64,000 nt of DNA from Caldimonas sp. (GTDB lineage: Bacteria > Pseudomonadota > Gammaproteobacteria > Burkholderiales > Burkholderiaceae_C). The notes beneath the pieces were generated by a model. It was not told where the DNA came from, searched no databases, and saw only the letters and a program-made list of their open reading frames with translations. Position numbers and translations under genes: made by a program. Location of the stretch: NCBI GenBank assembly GCA_036263655.1, contig DATAGP010000005.1:288-64287 (forward strand), in the 5' to 3' direction. Of this stretch, positions 20,312 through 31,568 are shown in pieces. Positions within the stretch are counted from its first letter, which is position 1. Every line of letters begins with the position of its first letter.

Positions 20312-21254
20312 ATGCCGACTTCGCCGCCCCGCTGGCCCGCCCTCGACTACGCCGCCTGGAGCGACACCGCGACGACGCTGCAGCTCTGGACGCAGATCGT
20401 CGGCAAGGTGCGGCTCGCGCTGTCGCCCTGGCTCAACCACGGCTGGCACGTGCCGCTCTACGTCGGTGCCCGCGGCCTCGGCTCCTCGCCCATCCACGCG
20501 CCCGCCGGGCCGTTCGAGATCGATCTCGACCTCGTATCGCACCGGCTGGTCGTCCGCAGCGCCTGGGCCGCGGAACGCGGCTTCGCGCTCGCGCCGATGT
20601 CGGTGGCGCGCTTCCACGAGCGCCTGATGGCCGAGCTCGCCGGACTCGGCATCGAGGTCCGCATTGACACCGTGCCGAACGAGGTCGCCGACCCGATCCC
20701 CTTCCCGCGCGACGAGACGCATGCCTCCTACGACGCGGCGGCCGTGCACGCGTTCTGGCGCGCGCTCGTCGAGGTCGATCGCGTGTTCCGCGTCTTCCGC
20801 ACCTCGTTCCTCGGCAAGTCGAGCCCGGTCCATTTCTTCTGGGGCAGCTTCGACCTCGCCGTGACGCGCTTTTCCGGCCGGCCGGCCCCGTTGCACCCGG
20901 GCGGCATCCCCGGCCTGCCCGATGCGGTGACGCGCGAGGCGTACTCGCACGAGGTGTCGAGCGCCGGCTTCTGGCCGGGCAGCGCGGCGTATCCGCGCGC
21001 CGCCTTCTACTCGTACGCGTACCCGACGCCGGCCGGCTTCGCGGAGGCGCGCATCGAGCCCGACGCGGCGAGCTGGTCGGCCGAGATGGGCGAGTGGCTG
21101 CTGCCGTACGAGGCGGTGCGCAGCGCTGCCGACCCCAACGCCACGCTCCTCCGCTTCCTGCACTCGAGCTATCGGGCCGCCGCCGAGCTGGCGCACTGGC
21201 CGGCCGATCTCGAGTGCGACACCGGCGTGCCGCGCCGGCCCCGCGCGCTTCCGC

Positions 21255-21265
<11 letters not shown>
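20312..21265 (+). CDS. DUF5996 family protein
   Basis: WPAL...TLQLWTQIVGKVR, GKSSPVHFFWGSFDLA, EAYSHEVSSAGFWPG. Confidence 0.82.
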
Positions 21266-23306
<2,041 letters not shown>

Positions 23307-23408
23307 GGGAGGACGGAGACCTGCATGCGTGGACCTGCGCCGAAGCGCCTGGGAGGCCGGCAAACGGCACACCCGTCCCGCGCGGCACCACCATGAACGC
23401 ACGTCGGC

Positions 23409-23436
23409 GGAACCCGGGGGACAGGCCGGCGTCTAA
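23409..23436 (+). promoter_or_regulatory. SigmaE/ECF-type promoter
   Basis: GGAACC-N16-GTCTAA, ending 37 nt before the Hsp20 start. Confidence 0.55.
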
Positions 23437-23473
23437 AGCGCCGCCTGGAGATCAGTGCAGGAAAGGAGGCTTG

Positions 23474-23977
23474 ATGAACAACCTGACCCAGCAGTTGAAG
23501 CACGGTGCCGAGCAGGCGTTCGAGTCGCTCTCCGACGGATGGCGCGAGCTGAGAACGCGCGCCGGCGAGGCCCTGACCCGGTTCCGCTCGAACGAGCGCC
23601 ACGGCAACGACGGCGGCGGATTCGAGGACCTTCCGGCGATGGGCCGGTGGTCCTTCATGGCCGCCGACGTCATCGAGGACGACGACAAGATGATCGTCCG
23701 CCTCGAGGTGCCGGGCATGCGGCGCGACGACTTCCATGTCGAGCTGCACGGCAACGTCCTGTCCGTGCGCGGCGAGAAGCGGATCGATCAGCAGACGAAG
23801 AAGGGCGGCTACCAGGTCGTCCAGTGCGCCTACGGCGAGTTCCGCCGCCAGGTGCCGCTGCCCGTCGCCGTCAAGGCGGACGCGGCGAAGGCGACCTACC
23901 GCGACGGCGTGCTGCGCATCGAGCTGCCGAAGATGGAGGACGCCCGACCGGGAAGCATTTCCGTGAGCGTGCATTGA
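23474..23977 (+). CDS. Hsp20/alpha-crystallin small heat-shock protein
   Basis: LEVPGM, YGEFRR, ATYRDGVLRIELPK; AAGGAGG RBS. Confidence 0.92.
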   Translation: MNNLTQQLKHGAEQAFESLSDGWRELRTRAGEALTRFRSNERHGNDGGGFEDLPAMGRWSFMAADVIEDDDKMIVRLEVPGMRRDDFHVELHGNVLSVRGEKRIDQQTKKGGYQVVQCAYGEFRRQVPLPVAVKADAAKATYRDGVLRIELPKMEDARPGSISVSVH

Positions 23978-23982
23978 GCGGC

Positions 23983-24010
23983 CGCGCCCGGCCTCGACAG
24001 GTCGGGCGCG
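23983..24010. terminator. GC-rich hairpin between convergent genes
   Basis: CGCGCCCGGCCT-CGAC-AGGTCGGGCGCG; no U-tract. Confidence 0.45.
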
Positions 24011-24011
24011 C

Positions 24012-24212
24012 TCAGGTCGAGTCGCCGCCCTGCTTGGGCCGCTTGCCCGGGTTCTTCTTGCTGCGCGTCGCCGAGCCGCGCTCGTTGCTGCTCTGCTGGC
24101 CCGTCGCCTTCTGCGTCGGGTCGCGACGCGCGCCTGCGCCCGACGCGCCCACGGCGTTGCCGATGCCGGTGCCCGGGCCGAGGCTGTCGCCGGACTTGCT
24201 CTTTGCTGTCAT
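24012..24212 (-). CDS. Small hydrophilic hypothetical protein (66 aa)
   Basis: MTAKSKSGDSLGPGTGIG...; AAGGAG RBS; G/K/R/Q-rich. Confidence 0.55.
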   Translation of the reverse strand: MTAKSKSGDSLGPGTGIGNAVGASGAGARRDPTQKATGQQSSNERGSATRSKKNPGKRPKQGGDST

Positions 24213-24264
24213 CGCGATCTCCTTCGCCGCGGCCGCGGCAATCGACATGCCCCATCGCTGCACG

Positions 24265-24278
24265 GGAACGTGCCTTGC
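24265..24278 (+). promoter_or_regulatory. Possible sigma54 -24/-12 promoter
   Basis: GGAACGTGCCTTGC fits GG-N10-GC with TTGC, upstream of DUF3606. Confidence 0.4.
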
Positions 24279-24301
24279 CCTTGGCCGGCGGAGGAAGACG
24301 C

Positions 24302-24511
24302 ATGAGCACCGAAACGCGAGCCGCCGAAGATCCCCACTCCCGCGTCGAGGTCGACGTCAGCGACCACGCGGCCGTCGAGCGCTGGACGCAGGCGCTCGGC
24401 CTCACCGACGAGGCGCTGATCAAGGCGGTGCAGGTGGTCGGCCCGCGCGTCGACAGGATCAAGGACTATCTCGGCGGCGGCGGCATGGCCCCCGACCAGT
24501 CATCCGGATGA
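24302..24511 (+). CDS. DUF3606 family protein
   Basis: VERWTQALGLTDEALIKAVQVVGP; GGAGG RBS. Confidence 0.75.
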   Translation: MSTETRAAEDPHSRVEVDVSDHAAVERWTQALGLTDEALIKAVQVVGPRVDRIKDYLGGGGMAPDQSSG

Positions 24512-24525
24512 CCGTGCCGGCCTGA

Positions 24526-25242
24526 TCAGGGCGGATCGGCCTTCGGCCCGCGCTCGTTCACCGTCGCGGCGCCGCTGACGTGGCGACGCACCTCCGGCGT
24601 GCCCCAGTACTGCACGCGGCCGGCGCCGGCCACCGCGATGTTCAGCTCGCGGACGACCCAGACGCGGACGTCGCCGACGCCGCTGATCGACACCGACCCG
24701 CGCTCGGCGCGCAGCGCCTCGGCGTCGAACTCGCTGCGACCCGTGATGCGCACCTTCAGCTCGCGCGCCGTCCCCGCCACCTGTCCGTCGCCGGAGCCGG
24801 AGACGTCGAAGGTCAGCGAGTCGACGTCCACGCGCTCGAAGCGCGCCGACCCGGCCCCGGAGATGCCGATGACGAGGCGCTGCGAGCGCAGCGGCCCGGC
24901 CATCGAGAAGTCGGCGGCGCCGGAGATGAACAGCCGCGCGAGCTCGCGGGCGGTGACCTCGACGCGGACCTTGCGTCCTTCCCAGAACCGCCAGGCGCCG
25001 GCGGAGTGGATGCGCAGCCGGCCGTTGCGAACCTCGAAGAGCTCGCGCACCGCCGCCTCGTCGAGCCCTTCGACGGCGATCTGCTCGCTCGCGCCGAGGC
25101 GGAAGCGCACCGTCGCCGAGCCGGAGATCTCGATGATGTCGAAGCGCTCGAGCGGGTAGGTCTGCGCCTCGGCCTTCTGCGCCCGCGCCGCCGGCAGGCC
25201 GGCCAGGCCCGCCAGCACGATCGACGCCTGGCGCCTGTTCAC
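24526..25242 (-). CDS. DUF2807 (GIN-domain) exported protein
   Basis: Signal peptide with RR; repeated ISGAG/VSGSG units; VQYWGTP. Confidence 0.85.
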   Translation of the reverse strand: MNRRQASIVLAGLAGLPAARAQKAEAQTYPLERFDIIEISGSATVRFRLGASEQIAVEGLDEAAVRELFEVRNGRLRIHSAGAWRFWEGRKVRVEVTARELARLFISGAADFSMAGPLRSQRLVIGISGAGSARFERVDVDSLTFDVSGSGDGQVAGTARELKVRITGRSEFDAEALRAERGSVSISGVGDVRVWVVRELNIAVAGAGRVQYWGTPEVRRHVSGAATVNERGPKADPP

Positions 25243-25997
25243 AGCAGGTCCGCCCGCAGCTGGCGCGAGACGTCGCGGCTGGCGACGATGCGCGTGCCGT
25301 CCTGCAGCTGCACGGCGAGCTGCGAGTTCTCGTTCGGGACCATGGCGACCACGCAGTCGAGGTTGACGATGCAGCTGCGGCTGATCTTCAGGAAACGTTG
25401 CGGGTCGAGACGCCGCTCGAACTCGGCGAGCGGCAGGCGCACGAGGTAGTGACGGCCCTTGCTGACGATGGCGGTGTACTTGGTGTCGGAGCGCAGGTAC
25501 TCGATGGCGTCGACGAGCAGCGGGAAGATCTTGCCCTGGTCGCGCACGAGCAGCCGGGTCAGGGGCTGCGTCGCCGGCGCCGAGGCGGCCTCGAGCGCCG
25601 GCAGCGTCCGCTCGCCCGGGCCCGCGGCCTGCAGCGCGTGGCGCACCGCGTCCTCGAAGCGCTCCTGCGAGAACGGCTTCAGGAGGTAGTCGACGGCGTG
25701 CAGCTCGAAGGCGGCGACGGCGTGCTCGTCGTAGGCGGTCGTGAAGATGACCGCCGGCACGGCCGCCGCCGGCCGGTCGGCGGCCAGCGAGCGCAGCACC
25801 TGCAGCCCCGTCAGTCCGGGCATCTGGATGTCCATGAGGACGAGCGCCGGCGCGAGCTCGCGGATCGCGCGCAGCGCCTCATGCCCGTCGGCGCAGGCGC
25901 CCACCAGCTCGAGCTCGGGAAGCTGGCGCACCCAGTCGGCGAGGCCCTCGCGCGCCAGCGGCTCGTCCTCGGCGATCAGGGTTCGATGTCGGTTCAT
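25239..25997 (-). CDS. LytTR family response regulator
   Basis: LIAEDE, MDIQMPG, DYLLKPF, FLKISRSCIVNL. Confidence 0.93.
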   Translation of the reverse strand: MNRHRTLIAEDEPLAREGLADWVRQLPELELVGACADGHEALRAIRELAPALVLMDIQMPGLTGLQVLRSLAADRPAAAVPAVIFTTAYDEHAVAAFELHAVDYLLKPFSQERFEDAVRHALQAAGPGERTLPALEAASAPATQPLTRLLVRDQGKIFPLLVDAIEYLRSDTKYTAIVSKGRHYLVRLPLAEFERRLDPQRFLKISRSCIVNLDCVVAMVPNENSQLAVQLQDGTRIVASRDVSRQLRADLL

Positions 25998-27118
25998 GCG
26001 GCGAGCGGCGTGCGGGGGATGACGATCTCGATGCGGAAGCCGGCGCCCGGCGACGAGCGGACGTCGAAGGCGGCGCGACCGTCGTAGTCGAGCTCGAAGC
26101 GACGGCGCAGCGCGCTGAGGCCGATGCCGGCGGCGCTGCGGCGCGGCTCGGCCGGCGGCCAGACGCAGCCGGCACCGTCGTCGGAGACGCGCAGCAGCAG
26201 CCGCTCCGGCTCGGCCAGGCGCCGGCACTCGATGTGCACCGTGCCGGGCTCGGTGCGCGGCGCGATGCCGTGGACGATGGCGTTCTCGACCAGCGGCTGC
26301 AGCGTCAGCGGCGGGATCCGGTCGTCGCCGGTGTCCTCGTCGAGGCTCCAGACGACGCCGAGCCGCGAGCCGAGGCGCATGGACTCGAGCTCGAGGTAGT
26401 CGCGGACGAAGTCCAGCTCTTCCTGCAGGCGGACGCGCTCGGCGCCGCCACGGTTCGTGTCGAGCAGGTAGCGCAGCATGCGCGAGAAGCTGAGCAGGGC
26501 ACGCTCGGCGGCGCGCGCGTCCTTCCGCGTCAGGACGATGATCGAATTGAGGGTGTTGAACAGGAAGTGCGGGTTCAGCTTGCCGCTGATCGCGGCCAGC
26601 TCGGCGCGCACCAGCGCGGCCTCGGCCTGGGCGGCGGCGAGCGCCGCGCGATGCGCCCGACGCGCGTGCAGCACGCCGCCGAAGCCGTAGACCAGGGCGG
26701 TGTAGACGAGCACCCCCCAGGCGCTGCGCCAGACGACGCGCTGCTCGAAGGTGGCGGCGGCGTGGTCGGCGCCGAACAGCCAGGCGGCGAGGGCGAAGTC
26801 GACGGCGTGCCACAGGGCCGCGAAGAGCAGCGCCGCGGGCGCATGCAGCGCGAGCCGCGCCGGCATCGCCCAGGCGCGCGCCTGCAGCCAGCGCATCCAC
26901 GGCAGGACCAGGGTGCCGAGCAGCATCGGGGGCAGCAGGTTCCAGGTCGCTTCGTACGCCGCTTCCCAGAAGCGCCACGCGCCGCGCAGCCAGTCGGTGC
27001 CGGCCGCGGCGTAGAGCAGCCAGCAGAGCAGGCACAGGCCGGCGTAGCCCAGCCAGAGCCGGCGATCGTCGCGACGGGCGTCGACGGCGACGAGCAACGG
27101 GATGGCCGATTCGGACAT
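25994..27118 (-). CDS. LytS-type membrane sensor histidine kinase
   Basis: TM helices; KLNPHFLFNTLN; LQPLVENA; DDGAG; GIGL. Confidence 0.92.
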   Translation of the reverse strand: MSESAIPLLVAVDARRDDRRLWLGYAGLCLLCWLLYAAAGTDWLRGAWRFWEAAYEATWNLLPPMLLGTLVLPWMRWLQARAWAMPARLALHAPAALLFAALWHAVDFALAAWLFGADHAAATFEQRVVWRSAWGVLVYTALVYGFGGVLHARRAHRAALAAAQAEAALVRAELAAISGKLNPHFLFNTLNSIIVLTRKDARAAERALLSFSRMLRYLLDTNRGGAERVRLQEELDFVRDYLELESMRLGSRLGVVWSLDEDTGDDRIPPLTLQPLVENAIVHGIAPRTEPGTVHIECRRLAEPERLLLRVSDDGAGCVWPPAEPRRSAAGIGLSALRRRFELDYDGRAAFDVRSSPGAGFRIEIVIPRTPLAA

Positions 27119-27284
27119 GCCGTCATGCTAGGCCCGTGCCTCCGGCCTTGCCGCTCGAGGCGACGAATCGCATCCTGCGTGGCCTCAACCGCCCTCCGGC
27201 GGCAGCCGCCGGCAGCCCTCGCTTCCGCTCGCGCGAGAGCGGCCCCTAGAATTTGCCGATGCCAACGTCCCGGGGACCGGATCG

Positions 27285-28469
27285 ATGAAATGCGTGCTGG
27301 TCGGGTCCCGCTTCTTCGGCGCGACCGTGCTCGAGGCGTTGCGCAAGACCGAGGGCGTCGAGTTCTCGTGCGTCGTCGCCCCGGCCGCGGACGACCGCCT
27401 CGCCGGCGCGGCACGCGCCGCCGGCCTGCCGGTGCACATCCACGAGAACCCGAAGCTCATCCCGGGCGAGGCGATCCCCGAGGGCACCGACCTGATCCTG
27501 GCCGCGCACACGCACGCCCGCGTCAGCAACGAGGCGCTCGCCCGCTCGCGGCTCGGCGGCGTCGGCTACCACCCGTCGCTGCTGCCGCGCCACCGCGGCA
27601 TCGCCGCCGTCGAGTGGACCGTCCTCGAAGGCGACGCGATCGCCGGCGGGACCGTCTACCACCTCGCCGACGGCTGGGACGCCGGCGCCATCGCCGCGCA
27701 GGACTGGTGCTTCGTGGCGAAGAACGAGACCGCGCGCGAGCTGTGGGAACGGGCGCTGGCGCCGATGGGCCTCGACCTGCTCGGCCGCGTCGTCCGCCAC
27801 GCGCGCGACCATGGCGAGCTGCCGGCGAAACCGCAGGACCAGCGCTTCGCCACCCGCGCGCCGATGCTCCGCCGCGCCGTCGTCCTCACCGAGCAGGACC
27901 CGGCGGCGGCGACCTCGCTCGTCGTCACCCTGATCGGCCCCGACCGGCCGGGCATCGTCAGCCTGCTCTCCGACAAGGCGCAGCGCTTCGGCGCCAACTG
28001 GGCCTCGAGCCGGCTCGGCAAGCACGCCGGCGAGTTCGCCGGCGTCGTCCGCTTCGAGGTGCCGCGCGAGAACGCCGAGCCACTCGCCGCCGCCCTGCGC
28101 GGCCTCGAGAGCTCGTCGGGGCTCCGCCTGGTCGTCGCGCAGAGCGACGGGGCGGCGGCGCCGGCGGGGCTCCGCGGCATCGACGTCGAGCTGGTCGGCG
28201 ACGACCGGCCCGGCATCGTCAGCGGCCTGACGCGGATGCTGGCCGAGAGCGGCGTCAGCGTCGAGAACATGCACACCGAGATCATGGGCGACCCGGCAGC
28301 GGGCAAGCGCTCGTTCAAGGTCGACGCCCACCTGCTGGTGCCCAAGGGCCTCGACACCGAGGCGCTGCGCGACAAGCTCGAGGCGCTGGCCAACGAGATG
28401 ACGCTCGACATCGCCCTCGGCGAGCGGCCCGCGGGGCTGTCCGCTAACGGCCCGACGGCGTCGCGCTGA
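27285..28469 (+). CDS. Formyltransferase/formyl-THF-hydrolase-fold domain fused to two GcvR-like ACT domains
   Basis: GYHPSLLPRHRG and WDAG in the N-terminal half; IGPDRPGIV and VGDDRPGIV ACT motifs in the C-terminal half. Confidence 0.85.
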   Translation: MKCVLVGSRFFGATVLEALRKTEGVEFSCVVAPAADDRLAGAARAAGLPVHIHENPKLIPGEAIPEGTDLILAAHTHARVSNEALARSRLGGVGYHPSLLPRHRGIAAVEWTVLEGDAIAGGTVYHLADGWDAGAIAAQDWCFVAKNETARELWERALAPMGLDLLGRVVRHARDHGELPAKPQDQRFATRAPMLRRAVVLTEQDPAAATSLVVTLIGPDRPGIVSLLSDKAQRFGANWASSRLGKHAGEFAGVVRFEVPRENAEPLAAALRGLESSSGLRLVVAQSDGAAAPAGLRGIDVELVGDDRPGIVSGLTRMLAESGVSVENMHTEIMGDPAAGKRSFKVDAHLLVPKGLDTEALRDKLEALANEMTLDIALGERPAGLSANGPTASR

Positions 28470-29124
28470 CGCACTTGCCGTTGCCCCGGCGCACCTCGAT
28501 CGTTCCCTTCGTCCGCTTGCGCACGCTGCTGCCGTTCTCGGTCCGGCTCGCGATGATGTCGATGTTGAGCGTCTTGTAGCGACGGTTCTCGCCGCCGAGC
28601 GAGACGTCGATGCCGCAGGTCTGGTTGTTGGCGTGCCAGGTGCCCTTTCTCGACGTCGGCGAGCCGATGCGCTCCCACGCGCCGCTGCTGCAGGCGTCGT
28701 CGTCGCAGCGGTAGCCCCAGGCCACGGCGGAGATCCGCGCGCTCGCACAGGTGCCGCTCGTCAGCGGCGTGTCGGCCCATGCGGCGCGAAGCGTGGCGCT
28801 CTTCATGTTGCGCCGGAGATCGCCCATCGGCCCGAACGCCACCGTGTAGCCGCCGCAGCTGCCGCCGGTGCTCGGGCCGGGCGAGGTGGATTCGTAGGTC
28901 TGCGTGAAGTGGCAATCCGTCTCGACGACCGGCACCGGGCTCGACGGGAACGCATCGGCGTTCTGGGGCGCCGAGCAGAGACCGTGCGTGGCCGGCTTGA
29001 ACGGCGGCGCCGTCGTGCCGACGATGGGCCGCTCGGCCGACGAGAGGCTCCCCAGCGAGGACGGAGCGGCCTCGGCGCCGCCCGCGAGCAGCAAGGCGAC
29101 GGCGACGGGGAAGGCTCGGGACAT
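28444..29124 (-). CDS. Secreted Cys-rich hypothetical protein
   Basis: Signal peptide ending AEA; 8 Cys; AGGAG RBS. Confidence 0.7.
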   Translation of the reverse strand: MSRAFPVAVALLLAGGAEAAPSSLGSLSSAERPIVGTTAPPFKPATHGLCSAPQNADAFPSSPVPVVETDCHFTQTYESTSPGPSTGGSCGGYTVAFGPMGDLRRNMKSATLRAAWADTPLTSGTCASARISAVAWGYRCDDDACSSGAWERIGSPTSRKGTWHANNQTCGIDVSLGGENRRYKTLNIDIIASRTENGSSVRKRTKGTIEVRRGNGKCVSATPSGR

Positions 29125-29149
29125 GGCGGGCTCCTGCGCCGCGCGGACC

Positions 29150-30127
29150 TCAGCGGCCGCGCAGCGCCTCCGGGTTGACGACGTGGATGGGATGGCCGGC
29201 GACGTAGGCCAGGATCTGGTCGAACACGTCGGCGAACTGGATCTCGTATTCGTCGCGCGAGACGTAGCCGATGTGCGGCGTGCAGACGACGTTGTCCATG
29301 CGCAGCAGCGGGTGCTGCGGGTCGTGCAGCGGCTCCTGCTCGAAGACGTCGACGGCGGCGAAGCCCGGCCGGCCCGCCTGCAGGGCGTTGACGAGCGCCC
29401 CCGGCGCGACCAGCCCGGCGCGGCTGGTGTTGACGAAGAGCGCCCTCGGCTTCATGCGCGCCAGGTCGGCGGCGCCGACGATGTGCCGCGTCGCATCGAC
29501 CAGGCGCAGGTGCAGGCTGACGACGTCGCACTCGGCGAAGAGCTCGGCCTGGCTCGCCGCGGCGGCGTGCCCGTCGGCCGCGGCGCGGGCCCGCGACGCC
29601 TCGCTCGACCAGACCCGCACCGCCATGCCGAAGGCGCGCCCGTAGGAGGCGACTTCCTCGCCGATCCGGCCGTAGCCGAGGATGCCGAGCGTCTTGCCGC
29701 GGAGGCTGCTGCCGACGCCGGTCTGCCAGACGCCCTGCTTCAGCGCCGCCGCCTGCTGCGGGATCTGCCGCAGGGCGGCGATGACCAGGCCCCAGGTCAG
29801 CTCGGCCGCGGCGTACGAGGGCGAGCCGGCGTGCTGGCTCGACGAGACGACGATGCCGTGCCCGGTGCAGGCGTCGATGTCGATGTGCGGGTAGACGCTG
29901 CGCTGGCTGATCAGGCGCAGCTTCGGCAGCCGCGCGAGCAGCGGCGCCCGGATCTGCGTCCGCTCGCGGATGAGGACCAGCGCCTCGCTGTCGCGCAGCC
30001 GCTCGGCGAGGCGGTCGACGTCCTGCACGTGGTCGGTCCAGACCGTGACCTCGTGGCCGTCGAGCTTGCGGAAGCACGGCAGCGTGCGCAGGGTGTCGAA
30101 GTAGTCGTCGAGGATGGCGATGCGCAT
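29150..30127 (-). CDS. D-2-hydroxyacid dehydrogenase family protein
   Basis: [34 protein letters not shown]. Confidence 0.93.
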   Translation of the reverse strand: MRIAILDDYFDTLRTLPCFRKLDGHEVTVWTDHVQDVDRLAERLRDSEALVLIRERTQIRAPLLARLPKLRLISQRSVYPHIDIDACTGHGIVVSSSQHAGSPSYAAAELTWGLVIAALRQIPQQAAALKQGVWQTGVGSSLRGKTLGILGYGRIGEEVASYGRAFGMAVRVWSSEASRARAAADGHAAAASQAELFAECDVVSLHLRLVDATRHIVGAADLARMKPRALFVNTSRAGLVAPGALVNALQAGRPGFAAVDVFEQEPLHDPQHPLLRMDNVVCTPHIGYVSRDEYEIQFADVFDQILAYVAGHPIHVVNPEALRGR

Positions 30128-30193
30128 GGTCGGGGCCCGGCCGGGCGCCATGATGACCTGCGCGCGACGCCCGGTAAAGCGTCATTCCCGCCT

Positions 30194-30229
30194 CCGAGGG
30201 ACGCTGAAGGAACGCTGTTTGTGGAACAT
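30194..30229 (+). promoter_or_regulatory. Direct-repeat promoter motif, copy 3
   Basis: CCGAG-GGACGC-TGAAG-GAACGC-N8-GAACAT; first 12 nt identical to the copy at 9675. Confidence 0.55.
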
Positions 30230-30303
30230 GGCGACCGCGCCGAACGGTGCCCGCCCGGAAGGGGCGCGGACCCCCGGCGCGTCGACTCAAGGAGGCTCTT
30301 GCC

Positions 30304-30450
30304 ATGAATCCCATCTCTTCGCCCCGGTGCCGCTCGCGGGGCATCGCCCTGGCCGTCGGACTGGCGGCGGGCGCCTTGCTGGCGTTGGCCGGCGTCGAGG
30401 CCGCCACGGCACTGGCCCATCTCGCCGCCGCCGTCCACCTCGGCGCCTGA
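30304..30450 (+). CDS. 48-aa membrane peptide
   Basis: MNPISSPRCRSRGIALAVGLAAGALLALAGVEAATALAHLAAAVHLGA; strong AAGGAGG RBS. Confidence 0.6.
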   Translation: MNPISSPRCRSRGIALAVGLAAGALLALAGVEAATALAHLAAAVHLGA

Positions 30451-30481
30451 CGGTGCCGGGCACGGCGCCGATCGGCGACCT

Positions 30482-30509
30482 CTTGAAAAGCTTTTTCCTG
30501 GCCCCTAGC
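30482..30509 (+). promoter_or_regulatory. Sigma32 (RpoH) promoter
   Basis: CTTGAAA-N13-CCCCTAGC against consensus CTTGAAA-N13-15-CCCCATnT; upstream of the Hsp20 pair. Confidence 0.65.
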
Positions 30510-30636
30510 TTGGCTCCGCTGCGGCCGGCGGCGGATCGCCTCGACCGCAGGCTGCCGGGCGTGCGGCCGCCCGGCGGCGGGCATGGACATGGGGTCGCTG
30601 CCCGCTCTTGATTCGGCTGCCGAACAGGAGAAGTCA

Positions 30637-31083
30637 ATGATCGGTTCATTCCAGTTCGCCGGGGACCTGTTCCCCGAGCTGGCCCGGCTCCAGCAGCACC
30701 TGGACCAGGTCTTCCAGACCGGTGCGGCGAGCAACATCCGGGCCCTGACGCGGGGTGCCTTTCCCGCCGTCAACGTCGGCAGTTCGCCCGACACCGTCGA
30801 GGTGATCGCGTTCGCCCCGGGCGTCGACGCGAAGTCCTTGCAGGTCACGGTCGACAAGGGCTTGCTCGTGATCGCCGGTGAACGCAACAGCGAAGCTCCC
30901 AAGCGCAAGGAAGGCGAGACCGTCTATGCGCAGGAGCGCTTCGCAGGCTCGTTCCGGCGGGTGATCGCGCTGCCCGAGGACGCCGACCCGGCCAAGGTCG
31001 ACGCACGCATGCGCGACGGCATCCTGCACGTCACGGTGGCGAAGCGCGAATCCTCGAAGCCTCGCCAGATCACCGTCAACTGA
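30637..31083 (+). CDS. Hsp20 small heat-shock protein
   Basis: FPAVNV, ERFAGSFRR, DGILHVTV; AGGAG RBS. Confidence 0.92.
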   Translation: MIGSFQFAGDLFPELARLQQHLDQVFQTGAASNIRALTRGAFPAVNVGSSPDTVEVIAFAPGVDAKSLQVTVDKGLLVIAGERNSEAPKRKEGETVYAQERFAGSFRRVIALPEDADPAKVDARMRDGILHVTVAKRESSKPRQITVN

Positions 31084-31106
31084 CATCCGAGAAGAAGGAG
31101 ACTCTG

Positions 31107-31514
31107 ATGAGCGACAACAACGCTGTGACGAAGACGAACTCGAACCAGGCGCAGAACACGGGCCAGGCGCAGAAGATGCCGCAGCAGGCCCTGCTGCCGG
31201 CGGTCGACATCGTCGAGAACGAATCGGGCATCACGCTGCTGGCCGACATGCCGGGCGTCTCGAAGGAGCGCCTGAACATCCGCGTCGACGGCGAGAGCCT
31301 CACCATCGAAGGATCGGCCGAAGTGCAGGTGCCCGAGCAGATCGAGCTGCTGCACAGCGAGCTGCGCTCGCCGCTGTTCCGGCGCACGTTCACCCTGAGC
31401 CGCGAGCTCGACGTCGGCAAGATCGAGGCGAGCCTGCGCGACGGCGTGCTGAACATGCACATCCCGAAGGCCGAGGAAGCCAAGCCGCGCCGCATCGAAG
31501 TCAACGTTCGATGA
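31107..31514 (+). CDS. Hsp20 small heat-shock protein
   Basis: PAVDIVE, ADMPGV, DGVLNMHIPK, PRRIEV. Confidence 0.92.
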   Translation: MSDNNAVTKTNSNQAQNTGQAQKMPQQALLPAVDIVENESGITLLADMPGVSKERLNIRVDGESLTIEGSAEVQVPEQIELLHSELRSPLFRRTFTLSRELDVGKIEASLRDGVLNMHIPKAEEAKPRRIEVNVR

Positions 31515-31522
31515 GCCGAACG

Positions 31523-31544
31523 CCCCGCGCCTTCGCGCGCGGGG
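31523..31544. terminator. Hairpin after the Hsp20 pair
   Basis: CCCCGCGC-CTTCGC-GCGCGGGG between convergent genes. Confidence 0.45.
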
Positions 31545-31568
31545 TTCGTCCGGCGAGCCGGAGGTCGA

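Noticed and set aside
27285-28469. Housekeeping fmt or purU
   Set aside because: No Fmt C-terminal domain or def neighbour; the ACT domains are C-terminal and paired, unlike PurU.
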